In this document: positions 1-13,344 of the stretch, in pieces
How the letters are laid out: every line of letters begins with the position of its first letter
Position numbering within the stretch: the stretch's first letter is position 1
From: Raillietiella orientalis
Taxonomy: Eukaryota
Assembly (NCBI GenBank): GCA_036172245.1
Contig: JAYWIR010000004.1
Span: 6,510,001-6,574,000, forward strand
Direction of reading: 5' to 3'
DNA length: 64,000 nt
Position numbers and translations under genes: made by a program
Notes under the pieces: generated by a model
Databases searched by the model: none
The model's input: the letters and a program-made list of their open reading frames with translations, nothing else
Told to the model about the DNA's origin: nothing

Positions 1-3000
1 CCGCCCGCCTTCAGCTAGGAAATCCAGGCATCCAGGAAAGAATCCCGAAACTCAAAGAAATCTCCGAAAGGAAGGGATCGTCGTCGTCCATCCACAGGGG
101 TAGAGATGATTCCGGAGCTCAAAGAACACGTGGTCTCGAGTGATGCAAGGGCTACTCTCGCCTACTCCCCCCCACATGACGTTCACTCCCTGAGGGGGAA
201 GCTCGGATAGCGTCGGGACCGATTTGCTCCGCTTCCTCCTGCCTTCCCGTCCGGTTCCCTCCACCTCCTCCACCGGAGAGAAGGAAATCCGTCCGCCAGG
301 CGAGCGACGGCTGGCAGCTTCCCCCTCCCCTCCTCCCCTAGAATCAGGGAGACCCCCCCGCACACCCTGAGCGAAACCGCGGCGGAACTGCCCTTCGGAG
401 GTCATCTTCGCTAGAGAGCGCGGCAGAGAGGCCGTGCTAAGGGTGATCTTCGAAAGGAGTGCTCCGTCATCACCGCTGGCGAAGTGGCTGCGGGCGTCCC
501 TGGAAACCCGCGGACTTGCCGAGTCACACTTTGGAGCCTAAAGTGGTGGTGGGGATCCCTCTGTCACGAGGGAGACCGCCACACGCCCGTCTCGGGGGCG
601 GGCCGAGCGTGGACCGCGGGTTTCGCCCGCGGCCAGCGCCGCCGATGCCTCAACCATCCCAGGGATTTCCCCTTCTTTTTGTCTTCCACGCCGCAAGGAT
701 GACCTCCGATTCCACCAGTCCAGCTGCTGGACGAGGCGGCAGGTTGGCTCTAGAAAGGATCACAGTCACTCCTGGTCCACCTCAGCTTCGAAATTTCCCG
801 AGATCTGTAGGAGGATGAAAAAGGGGGACACTTCCAGTCGCGGTCATTTCCCCCTGTCCTTGCTTGCAGTGACTCCCGCGCCCATGCTGGCTTCCTCTGC
901 AGCCCGACCACCGGAGGACCTCCCCATTCTCTGGAAAGCAGCCTGGCGTGAGGATGGCGGTGCAGACTGTCGCCGTGACAGCGCCCTCCGCTCAAGCCCT
1001 GAGTGCGTCCCTTCCTGAGCTGGCAGCAATCCCTGAAGAGCCAAGAAAGGAAAAAGTGCCGGGCGCTCCTCGCTTTCCCAGACCGCCGGTTGCTTCCAGT
1101 TTCGGAGCAACCAGGAATGGAAGGCGGGAAGCTAGGTGCACGAGGCGCGCGGGCTGGATCCGTCCCTCTCTCCTTTCGGACAAGAGACCTCCGGACCGGA
1201 CTCCCCGGGCGAAGGGGCGTTTCCCGGCCGCCGGCGGGGAGCGCGCGCGTCGATCCTACCAGGAGGTCAGGGAGTCGGGGTAAAGGTCCGTCTGGTCGGG
1301 GGCCACCGTGCGGACAGGAGTGAGGGAAAGGGGGCCTTGGACTGAAGTGACCCTACTCGGATGGTTTGTCCCAAGGACACCTGCCGTCCCGTCTCGGTAC
1401 GGACGCCAATCGCCCCCGGCTGTTTCTGGGCCAGCCCGGCTCCGAGGGAGCGATTCCGGTGAGAAGGACTATCCGAGATCTCCAGAGGCAACTCGCTGCT
1501 CTCCGAGAACGGAGACATTTCGGGACCAAGGGCAGGCTCAGGACACGAGATGGGACTCCCTGAGGAGAAGCTGGGCTACCCTGGGGCTACGTTGCCAATT
1601 CCCCCCTTCCCCACCCGGAGTGTGCCGGCGCTCGCCAGTCGACCTTTTCGGTGCTTGGCAAGGGGGAGGAGCTGCGGGAGCTAATAGGGACTCTGCCCTT
1701 CCCTCCCCAGACCCTTGCACGCCCCTCTCGAAGTCACCATCGAGCAGCAGAACGTGCCCCCTCCGGAGGAGTGGAAGGGCGCCCTTTCTTCGTCGCAACC
1801 GAGAGGGTCCCTGGAAGGTCCCTTGGAAGAGAGGCGGCTCCTGGAAGTGGGGCGCACCCCCTTCCTTCCAGGAAAGCAAAGTTGGCGAGGAAAGAGTAGG
1901 GAGAGTATGATTTCCTGGAGGAAGATCGACGGTGGGGCGTCTTCTCGAGGAACAGGCTATCACTGGAGTGGAAGGTCTCCCCTCCCTTATGCCTGGGTAG
2001 CGAGTGGTCCCCTCCCACCTGTTCCTTCCTCCTTCTCGCCAATCGCGCTTGCGGCGCACCCTCGCAGCGCCGCAACCGGCGGCGCCTGCACACCGCGTGG
2101 GCGGACCTCAATCGCTCCACCCCGTCCCACCACCTTCTCCACCCTGCTGGACCACCTCCTCTCCTTCCTTCCGTTCCTTCCGTCCTCTGCGGTCCCTCCG
2201 GATCAGATCGAAGATCAACCTCCGGCCAGTCCGGGGAAGTCTTCCCCTTTTTCACCCCCTCTTGCGCGTCCACACGCGTGGGAAGGAGAAGGGGGGGAAA
2301 CGACTGCGCGTTCTCAGGACCTTGTATCCGCCCTTCCGCCCCGCCGGGCTCGCCCTCCCTCCTCTTGTCCACGTCGGAAGATCGACCGCTGCCCATCGCT
2401 CGCACTCCAGGAGGCCGCCCGGCGTCCCGCGGCGGGCAGCAGGGAGCTTCCGCCGGACTCCGCCGCCGCGCTGGCGTCTCGCGCCCGTTGGAGGGAAGAG
2501 GAGGATAAAAGCGTCCGCAGGGCTCGCGCGCTCCCCAGCTCCCAGCTCCCGTGCAAGCCCGCAGTGGATTGCCGCGGGAGCTGCTGGCGCCCTAAGGCAA
2601 CCTGATCCAGGCTGGGAGGACAGCCTCTCCGAGCCTGGGGCCGGGGCAGCTCCCCCACCCCCGAGGTGCTCGGCAAAAACTTCCAGGAAACCGCGGGCGA
2701 GCTGCACGGCGGATCGAGGGAGGGAAAGGGAGTCCAGGAGCACCCGTTTCAGAGATGTATCACCAAAGCTCCTCCCCCCTAGGTTCTGGTCATCACTGAG
2801 CGCGCCCCCCAAGGGCAGCTGCCCGTCCAGTCGCAAAGGGAGACCTTGGTGAGCGCCTCTGGGAAGAGAGTGGGAAGAGGAGCTCCCTCGAACCGAGGGA
2901 GGGCGGGGGACGGGGCGGGAAAATTGAGCGTAGGATCTCCCCACCGCAGGCAGCCGCCGGCGGACTAGGTCCGCGAGCTGCTAGCGAGCGAGCGAACGCG

Positions 3001-6000
3001 GCGAGTTCTCTTCCTTCCCTGCAGCCACCCTTCTTCTGCGCCCGGCTTGAGGAAGCACTGGTCCACTCGCCCCGCCTAGCACCCCACCGCTCCCATTTCC
3101 TCCTCTTGGACTTCCACCGGGAGACGGCAGGGCTGCGCGCTGCTTCGGTTCCTCCTCCAGGGGACGGCAGTCGACCGCTTTCGTCGGAAGGTGACCGTTG
3201 GAAGACGAGACAGGAGATCGCCCTTGCCTTGCCCTCTCCCCAACGAACAAGCACCTGGAGCGTTCCCTGGAGCGCTTTTTACGCTCAAGAGAGGCTTCTC
3301 CCTCCCTCTACCCTTCCCTCCCCCAAGCCCTCAGCCTCAGAAGCAAAGGAGAGCGCTCCTGGCGCGAAAAAAAGACACATGTCTTTCCCTCCAAGGCTTC
3401 TCGGCTCTCGTAGTGGGCTGCAGGCCAGGACTCCGCTTTTTATCCAGAGACCCCCGAGGCATTTTGGGAACTCGGATGGGCAGCCCCTGGGCCTCGAACG
3501 AAGGGGAGCAGGAAGGGCGGTTCGGACTTTCCTCCAGGAAGCGGCAGAGTCGCACAGAGATCCAATGAGAGGGAACCCCAAGCTCTTTAGGCGGGCGCCG
3601 TCAGGAGGCAGCGTACGGAACGAGAATCTTCCTCCGGCGGATTGACCCCACCGTGGTAGTGCGCTCGGGTCGTTCCCTCCGCTGGGCGAGCGAACGAGCA
3701 AGAGAAGTCTCTTCCTCCTTCCTCCTTGCCAGGCCGACGAGGTAAAGAGTGGATAGCTGACTCGAGCGGAAGAGGCCGACAAGGGCGGAGGCGGCGACAG
3801 CAACAGCAGCAGAAGCACAATGATGGGAAAAAAGACAAGCGAAAAGTAACTCCGCAGCGATCGCTTCCCATCCCCTGCTGACGTTTCGCCTTGCCTCGGT
3901 GGAGGCCACTGCTCCAAATCATGTGTATCCGGACCCCTGGTTCCCCTGGTGACGGAGCTTCTTTATAGGATGAAGAATTCTGTAAATCGAGCCTTCAAGC
4001 AATGAGAGCAAAAAAAAAAAAAGTATTTTCTTTCCTTTCTCCTCTTCCTCCTTTTCTTTTCTTTTCTGCTCTTTTTTTTTTGGAACTCGCTTCCTCATCT
4101 GCCTCTTGCAGATTTCATTCCCACGATTCTCCCGCCGCCGGGAGAGCGCGGAGATGCACGCGTCGCCGGATGGTCCGAGATTTCGTGCGCAGCGCTTGCC
4201 CCATGAACGAACGTCGACAGTGCCGACCTCCTGTCTTTCAGATCGTCAGCCGCGGCGACCTTTGCATTTTACCTTCCGTGCTTTCCGAAATTCCTGTTGG
4301 AACTGGAGCAAGGGGTTCGAATATCACGGCGGGATGAGTGCGGAGGGCCATCGACCCAGCCACAGAAGCACCGCTGGCAGCTGGCAGCGGACGAACGCCT
4401 CGCATCAGCATGCTACTCCCGGAGTAGAGGGCAGGGGGGGGGGGGGACAGAAAATGGAGAATCCTAGCGTCGCGTCAGCAACCAGAACGCGGCGTACTGG
4501 CGACCCAGGTCAAAAGAGCGTCAGGAGCTGGCAGCTCCGATGAGCCCGAAGCCACAGGTGGGGCAAGGGGGAAAGGGAAAGTCCTTACTCGACGATGTTT
4601 GCCCTCAACTTGCCAGAAGGACGGCGGAAGAAGAGGACCAGATCCTGGCTTCGCCTCCGAAGAGGCCACTCCTGCGAGGGCAGCACTCGTGGCATCTTCG
4701 AGGTCTCAGGACACGAGAAACCATGAGCTGCCGAGGGAATCGGAGGTTTTCGAGCACGTCTGGAGGAGAGCTGATGGGATCAGGCATCCAGAGCGTCCCC
4801 ATCCTGGATGCCCGCTCGAAACCAAGATTGGGTCACCACCTGCAGCAGAATAACCTTCGAAAACCGCAGAAATGGTTAAAGAAGGGAGGCAGCCGAAGAG
4901 CGCGGAGGCGCTCACTCTCTTTTGGCCTGCGCCCTTTTCTCAGAACACGGATGGGATCAATGGGAGGTGAATTGGAAATACCTAGCGCGGGGATGAAAGG
5001 CGCTCTGGAGGGAACTCTTGCCGGGCAAGTCTTTCCCCACCGGAAGAGAAGCGGGGGAGCCACAACGGCCGTCTGCGGAGGATGGCCGGAAGCGAGTGAG
5101 GAGGACAGAAAGGGATTCCGGGATTCGCGCTGCTCGAACGCTACTCCTAGTGCGGAGGAAGAGGCAGCTGGATAGGAGTTACAGCAGCAGCTAGTTGCAG
5201 GAGGCATCTTCCAGAAGCGCCTCTCTCCGTCAGAACGAGGGGACCGCCTTTGCTTTTGGGATGGTCCACCGACTGCAAAGCCTCCCTTGTGAGGGAGTCT
5301 TGCCCTCGCTCCTGTTTTCAAGGTCCACACTCACTTTGCAGGGCTGGGAACGGCGGAGCACCTTCCATAAGCACCACTCACGGCTCCGCTTCCCGAAGAG
5401 CACGTCCGCGACGTGCTCCTGCTCTCTCCTCCTCACTCTCGCTCGTCCCACTCGGGTCTTCCCTTCCGGAAGGTCTCGCCTGCTTCTCGACTGCAGCACA
5501 CTTCCAGAGACTTGAAGATGCTAGACTTGCCTCCGGTCGTGAGCTCTCGGGAGTCGCTGTTGGCGTGAAACCTCCGTTGTGCCGCACTTGTCTCGAAGAA
5601 TGAGGATAATGCGAGGAGGGCTCCAGGTTCGCGTACAGACGAAAGAGACGTGTGGGATAGAAAGCACGAAAAAACAAAAAGAAAATTCGAGTCGCTTCCT
5701 TGCGTCTCCTGGTCCCCTTCACTGAATTGAATGCAACCAGTCTCCTGACAAGCTCCAGATCAGAAGTCACACACATACTGAAGGTTAGCGCAGTCAGAAT
5801 CCCGGATGTCAGTGGAAGCGAGGACTCGTGAAGGGAACCTGTTTCGAGCTTTCTGGAAGGGAATCCCGACTTCGCTTCCCGGGACGCTGGAAGTGGAAGC
5901 GCATCAGTGGTTCCCCGATGAGGGAAAGGCGTGGAGCAGCGCCGCGCATCGGAACACTTCTGCGCGCATCCACTTCAGCGGAAGACTGAAGTTCGCACGT

Positions 6001-8595
6001 GCAGTGCAGCTTGACCTTCTCCCCCCGTACGAGCTGCGTCTCCCCACGAATGGTGGAGGGGGCAGAGTGGCTTCCGAGGAGCATTCCGCACGCATCCTGA
6101 ATCGTCGCCCTGAATCCGGTCGCCTTCCGTCTCGCTGAGAAGGGCGAGACAACGTAGTGGCACGGATCCAAAGCCGCGCCGAAAGAGGTCTCTCGGATGA
6201 TGAGGCCATCACAATCGTCTGCTACTTCATGAGGAAGGCGACAAGATGGCCACATCTCTGCCAACAAAAGGAAAAAGTTGCCAACATTCCCCAGAGGACA
6301 CTGAGGACGCCAGGAAGTAATCCGTGACCCCTTTCCTTCCCCCCACCCCACCCCCACCTCAAACATTTTTAAACTGAACTTTTGTGTGTTTTTGTTTCCG
6401 TTCTTGCTTATCCCTTCCCTCACCTCTCCTGTGCAGACCTCATCGGAGAGCTGCTCACGAGAAGCAGTGTCTCCAAGACATTTCCCTTCGTAGTGGTCAT
6501 GTGAAGTCATTATGAAGAAAGATTTTTTCATATTTTATATGACTGTTTTTTTTCCTGGTAAATATTTTTTTTCACAATAAACGCCTCTGCGTTACAGGGA
6601 GAAAATAAGGGCTACTTGGAAGAACCGGACCTGCAGCCAGCCCAGAACCTGGGATCGATTTTTTGCTCGGGCCCGAATCGTGCTGCGAAAAAGAGTGTCG
6701 AGTTGCTCGTTCTGGACGTCATCTGCCCCTTCAAAAGCTGTCCACGGGAATGGGAGGAGGTCGTGCAAAAGGAAAGCAAGGAAAACGCGAAGCCACTGGA
6801 GCTCCGCTTCCTGGCCGAACGACCACCTTGGTGAACCAGATGATAACTAGCCTCACGATCCTCGGGGCTCTGAGACCCAGGAAACGATGCGGTGCCAAGA
6901 GAGCTCAAGACCCCAAGGCATCGGGGAGAACACCGTCAGGAAGGAGCTAGTGTGTGATCCTACATTCAGATCTCCTGTGACATTCCGCAGAACCCCATCA
7001 CCCAGAGCATTGGAGAGCTTTGGACGGAACTCCTGCCCTGTAGAAAGAGTAGGGTGCGAAGAAATCGATGGTAGCAGCGGCGAGCGACTCCGTCTCAAGC
7101 CGCTGCTACTAGTGCCTCTCAGGTGACTTTGAATCTGAAAAGTGAATTGAAACCCGATCCTCTGCTTCCCTGGTAAGCCATTTTCATTCTCGATCCCCAT
7201 TTGCACGGTGCCCCTTGCTGCGGCCCTCTTGTTTCACTCCGTCAAGTTCCCTATGCTTGGATTGAAAGGTATCCATCGCTACTCCTCCTCCCTGGCTTTC
7301 ATCTTCTCTCTGCTTGCCTTCTATCTGAACTTGCAAACATAAAGTCTCTTCCAACCCAATGCCCCCATGGCCTCGGCATTTCTGCGTGCGGACACAGTTT
7401 CTAGCTTTGGAACGGCTCGCTTGGTTGTGACCTTAGCTCTCTTGGGCCCGGAATTTCCCAGATTCCAGAAACGTGCCGTTTCCAGGAACCCAACCAGGAG
7501 ATCTTGGCTCAGCTCTTCGCCTTGCTCCCCTGCAACTCTGCTGCGCCACTGGACTCTCGTAGTGGACTTCCTTTGACCTTTGGAAGGATGAGATCGCTTC
7601 CTGAATCCAATCGCGCTGATCCCAGTTGCGATGTTTGAAAAGCAGAATTAAGAGTAAAGGGCCTCATTGGAACAGAGCAGCATCCCCGAGATCTCAGACC
7701 TATGGAGGAAGGACAGCGCCGCAAGTGTTTCTTCCCAGGTGCAAGTGGAAATTGCACCAGTCACTACCAGTGTAGCGCTGTCAGTAAGGTTGGTTGGTGG
7801 TGCATCCTGACTGAACGATTAAGACCATCCATCCTCCATTGGGGCGCAAGAAAATCTAATGCATCGAGTTCAGCTCAGTTCTTATTAAGCTTGGAGTTCT
7901 ACCCTGCCGAACTTGACCTGATGATCACAAAGTCTGCTGTTGATATAGCAGCAGCCTGCAATTCTTATTCGCATAGATTCCATCGAAGCGAACAGATTGC
8001 TGGAATCCGGAGTCTCCCTCGGCTCCAGGAGACGTGGAAGCTCTATCCACTGCTCTCCAACTTTCGCAGCCCATCTGCTTGCAGAGCAGAAATGAGTGCA
8101 TCACTTTTCGAGTGCAGCCGCGACTCCCGGGGAAGCATTTCAGCAGCACTCCTGGTGCCTTCCTCCGGAAATTTCTGCTGGCAAGGTGGCTGTAGCTTCC
8201 CTAGAAAGGTGACAAAGCGCAGAATTGAGAAAAGAGCTCAGGGCTCTCCCTTCTGGGTAGCTTAAAGACGTGCTGAGACCGACAGCCTCGGTGAGCGTCC
8301 ACGGAAATTGAAAGAAAGGGCAGACCATGGCCAGATAGATTTTTCGTGCTTGGGACGCTGGATGCATAACGGTTTCCCCTAAGCGTTTTTTAAATGGGCG
8401 GATGACAATCCCGCCCATTCATGGTAATCAAAATATTTCTGATTTCTTCATTCGTCTTCGAAGGTATTCTGAGAGCAAGATGCAGGCACGTGCAATTTAG
8501 TCAGCATCCGAGTGTCATCATGCCTGTCCTTTTTGAAAAGAAAAGACATGAAGCATTAGAGAACTATTAATGATTGTCGTCGATGATTTGCTTTT

Positions 8596-8631
8596 GTGTG
8601 CGTGCGTGCGTGCGTGTGCGCGCGCGCGCGC
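8596..8631. repeat. compound (GT)/(GTGC)/(GC) microsatellite, alternating purine-pyrimidine
   Basis: tgtgtgcgtgcgtgcgtgcgtgtgcgcgcgcgcgcg read directly. Confidence 0.9.
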
Positions 8632-9272
8632 ATGTGGTTTGTTTGTTTTTATTTTGCTTTTTAAGGGGCCTTTTGTTTCGTTTTCGTTTTGGTTTTTTTT
8701 CTTTTTTCCGTTGTTGTTTTTTTGAGTTGAGGAATGGAAACTTCTCGTGCCACACGTGCACTCCCCAACTGGGCATCTTGTGGAGTGCCGTCACTATATT
8801 TAAAGTGAATTTCCTTCTCTTAACTCGTCGGCGACCACCAAGCCATTGCTAAGCGCTACCGCGCTTCACTGGACTTTTCGCGTCGGAGCGTGCTGAAGCA
8901 CGAATCACGTCAAACAGAACGGTCGACCTGAAACCACGAATTACACATACGCTGCTCGGGTGATAATTAAACAAATAATTGGTACGTCCCGTCTTGAGAA
9001 ATTAAATGTAGACTTTTGGATCGCACCGCAAGTCGAGTCCGCGAGCAGAAGAGGTGGGACACCCCTAGCCTATTCAGTACAGAATCCTAGCTGCTTGGCC
9101 CTTCGGCTTTCTTCAGGCTTGCGGTCGTGGGTTGCACGATTTAGAAGATAATTCTTTCCCAAGAACCCTTCGCTGGCGCCGTATACGGGCCGCGTGGGCT
9201 TTCGTCACAGACAAGAGCGCTTGGATGACGGCACTTACCCAAACGCATTGCATCCGAAGTGCTTTGCCTCCT

Positions 9273-9310
9273 AAGCACTCTAGATGCATACAGATGCATC
9301 TAGAGCGCTT
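9273..9310 (-). other. 38-nt inverted repeat/hairpin (17-bp stem, 4-nt loop)
   Basis: aagcactctagatgcat-acag-atgcatctagagcgctt; the single A/C mismatch on + becomes a G-U wobble on the - strand. Confidence 0.8.
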
Positions 9311-12300
9311 CGCAGATGATCCCTGATCCCCACCTGTGAACGCGAATCACCCATTCCAGGAACCAAAGGAGAGTTCGGAAAGCGAAGATTCCCCGAGCGA
9401 TTCTCCGAGATGCACTGTTCCAGCAACGTACTCACATGCTCTCCAGACACCGCCCTGAGCATGAAAAGGTCGCATCTACAGAGATTCAACCTTCTCACTT
9501 GCCTCCCTGTTGCCACCGTTAATCGGAATGGATGCTGAGGTTTGGCACTGACCATCTCTAAAATAACTCCTTCTGCCCTAAATAACTGTCAGCTGTGACA
9601 CGGAATGCTCTTCGGACCGATGGCTCGAGTCTTATCGAAAGCCTGATATCTTGCCCAATTCCGATGTCTTCATATCTTTGAAGCTCACGCTCTACTCCTA
9701 GTTCTTTGCGTGGTCTTCAGTTTCATAGGAGACGCTTATTCCCTCTTCTGCGACTGGAACGGTGGGTGATGATGTTTGGTTTTATGCCTTCAGGTTCGAA
9801 CTTGTCCTTGTCGAGGGCTTGTCACGCCCCGACAGGAGCTCGCGTTCCTTCGTAGTTTGTTATCTACAGCGCATTTTGCAGGATAGAGGAGAAAGTGCTT
9901 TTTTCCTCGCGCATGTGTTTGGGGATTTTTCACCTCCCATCTCTTGGAACCCTTTAAGAGGAAAAGCATTCGAGGAAACCTTTCTCTTCGACTCACTTAC
10001 CAGGACCTTCCGGAGTGCTGGAATCGCCGTGCCGGCCTCAGCCTCGCTGGAAACACGGCGGAGCCTCCCACGATGGCAAAAGTGCTTTCCGCAGGGGACA
10101 GTTTCATGGAACGCACAATCTTAGCGTGTGCCGACGACAGAGAGCATAATTTCCAGAACTTTCGAGCGTTCTTTTGGCTGCATGGCCAGAGAAACTTCCT
10201 TCGGAAACGGCGACCTCGTTGCGATCTGCCGCCTTCGCTTTCATTGGTCAAGCCGATCTGATCGCACGAATTTTATCTTCCGAGTGTTCTCGGAATCCAT
10301 TAACGCGAGCAACTAATTAGGGAACGCGTCCCCCAAAATTACGGACACATTGTCTGCACCTTTACGTGCGGATAAAAAAATGTTTGCTATTCGACGCATC
10401 TCGATTGCTTTGCGGTAGAATCACCGAGCGAAGGAACAAACACGCTTCGATTAACACAGGTCTACGAGTCACCCCCTTATACTCACGCTGTGTTACAGCC
10501 AAAAACTGGAGGGCACAAAAGTCACTCCCTCCTCATGACATCCAAAGAGAAATTGCTTGTGAACAAAGCTCAATAGATTATGAATAAAACTCCCGGTGGT
10601 AATGATCTGAGCTGAGAATTAAACCCGGCCACCACGAGAAAGGCAACAACAAAGCTTTAACCGGAAAGAATGCTGTTCTCCAACAGCTCATGCAAGAGCG
10701 GGGTTGGGTGCCTTCCTGTCTGCGTGTGTTTGTGCGGAGGTTTGTTTTTCCTTCTGTTCCTTCGTGCCAGGTCGTACTCCATCGCGAAAGCAATCAGTTT
10801 CCTGCGTTCAGGTTTTCCGTGCTGTCTGCAATCTCCTCAACTGTGAAATTCGGATTTCAGGAATCCACCTGTGGGCATGAGGCGTTTGGCTTCTCTGAGC
10901 TCGTGTGCATGCATACATCAACTGATTAGCCGAGCAGTGAAGTTAATTACTTCGGGAACCCTCGAATGCTATTAAACGGACTCGACAAAATCAATTATTG
11001 AGATTTCAGACAAATCTGAAAAACAGCTTACGTTTACTGTTATTGGAACCGTCTGGAAACAAGAGAAGCCGCTGAACAGGGCAGCGAATCAAACCGTAAA
11101 GACAATGCGACCGGAGGAAACGGAATTCCAGCAACGTGCGTCTCGATAGATACGATTGAATGCTCGGTCTATAGAAAAATGAGGACGAAGAATCTCGGAG
11201 CTGTTGCAGAGCTTGGGCCTGAAGAAACTGGCGATGGGGGCGCAGATGGACGCAAGTTAACCGGAAGACAGTCATCCAGCTGCTGGTGCTTGGGACCGAA
11301 GTTTGGAGTATTCCTCATGAGGGCTGCTACCTGGCAAGCGGATCTTTTATTGCTGCCCTCTAAGGGATGCGGAACATAAGCTTACCACGCTAGGTTGCTC
11401 TCTGGAAAAATCCTGTGAAAAATTACGATGGCCGTGAAGAGATCTTTTGCAAATGAAAAGGGCAGCGCGGGCAAAATACCTCTGGCAAGAGTCCCAGGAT
11501 CTGATTTTTGCAAAGTCATTCGTTCGAATGGTTTGAGGGTTTCGCGAACCGTGGGCCAGTTTCCCTGAGCAACCCCTTGAGAAAAATCGTGCATCGAGTG
11601 ATCGACTGGACAAAAAAAAAAAAAAAAATGACGATTCGAGCATTCGGGAATCAACCGACGTATCTTTGTTTGCACACTTTCACTCTTCCAGCAGAGCGTC
11701 CTCCAGAAATCGGAAGCGTATGTGTCACTGTGAAACCATTGTAGAACCGCCAGCTTCCTGAAGAAAAGAGCAGGTTTCGATTCCGACTGTGCCCCAGGTC
11801 TCCTCCGCTGGTAAACAAACGCATTCATATGGAGAAACATCTATCCGAGATTGGCTTCGCGTGAGCTTCCATTCAGCGTTGCGGAACCGATGAATAGCGA
11901 AGGAGAAAGAAGCTTGCTCAAGGAGACCGCAAGGAACTCCTTCGAGATCGCACTTTAATATAAGCGATGCTTTGTGATGGATGAATGTAGTTTGAAAGGT
12001 GGACATCCTGAATCATCCAAGGAAGCTTTGTTTCCGAGGGGGTGGAAATAGCCCTTTCACATCGTAGATCCTTCTGTATCATCACACAGTGGTCGCTCAT
12101 AGTCCAGGTATCCAGCCGCTTGCAGAACCAACTGCAATCGGGCTTTTGTTTCTCCCTCCAATGAGGAACGCTTGCACGTAAAAAAAAGAAGAAAAAAAAA
12201 CAAACAAACATGCAAGAAATTGCGAAGCAAGCCTTCCGTGTCTCTAGAACAATCCTCTAGAAATTGAAGTGTCCTGGCTTAGAGTGGCGCTGTCAGATAC

Positions 12301-13296
12301 CATCACTGACGATTTCCAGTGCTAATAACTCAAACCCGTGCCGGAGAAATATGAAGGATTACCTCATGCTGACAGACTCTTCATACTGTCATTCAGGATA
12401 AAACGTCATTCATATCATTCCTTCTGTTGAGATGAATGAAGATCCATTTGCTGTCACAAACTAGAGGTTCAATAGAGGCATCCAAAAAGCCCAAGAGCAA
12501 GTAAATAATAGAATGCATGCTCATTTCACAAAAAACCATATCTGTGGCACAGTGTGCGACTACTAATGATTGTTTTGAAGGGAACTGGGGTTTGTTTTCA
12601 CCTAATTGACTCATTTCTCGGGAGCAACTGGTCAGCAATTCCTTTGCGATCGAAGCAGCGAGTTCCATTGAATTCTGGAAAATTCAGAGTCCTCCACTGA
12701 ATGTGATCAGAGAAAGTTGTTTTGAATCTTGATTCCATTTTTCTTTTCATAAAGAACAGAGTTTTTTTCGAACAGATGCTGAAGGAAGCATTCATTGTAA
12801 GTTCGATGAGTTTATCCACACAGCAAAGTCAAATTGGCAGATTCTTTCTAGCTCTACCTACCAGCTACCAGAAAGGAAGATGAAAACAACAACTCAGTGA
12901 CCTATTGCCTCGAACATCGACCGTCGACAGTACAGTCGATAAAAATGGCAGAAAGAACAGGCAACGTTTGGAGGGGGGGGGGAGAAGCACCTAGAGAATA
13001 GAAGACATTTACGAGTTCTGTTTGGTCTGATTCTTGCATGCACCCTTGGAATTAATCCAGAATGAAATTTTGAATTTGAAAACTCACTTCCACCAGCCTA
13101 CTTGCCATTACGGAAGACCACGCTCGAACTCACGGCAACGTCGAGGAGCTAAGAGTCAAAAGTCTTTGAGTTTTTGAGACCAAGAAAACACTTCGTGTTT
13201 GTTAATAAAACATCAAAAACTTTCTGGTAAGAAAGGCTGCTGGAGCAAGACTCCCGAAGGAACAACAGTCGCCTCAAGAGAAGAAACCAAACATGG

Positions 13297-13344
13297 TTCC
13301 TGACCAAGTTCTCAAAGAATTCATTCCTGACCAAGTTCTCAAAG
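13297..13344. repeat. two exact copies of a 21-bp unit, 27-bp period
   Basis: ttcctgaccaagttctcaaag at 13297-13317 and 13324-13344. Confidence 0.9.

Noticed and set aside
4313..4330. GGTTCGAA T-loop-like motif (also near 9793)
   Set aside because: No cloverleaf or A box around it; not a tRNA
5710..5721. tggtccccttca, resembling the 5' part of miR-133
   Set aside because: Match stops after 12 nt and no precursor hairpin is evident
13297..13344. Repeat-spacer-repeat as a mini CRISPR array
   Set aside because: Only two copies with a 6-nt spacer, eukaryotic context, no cas genes
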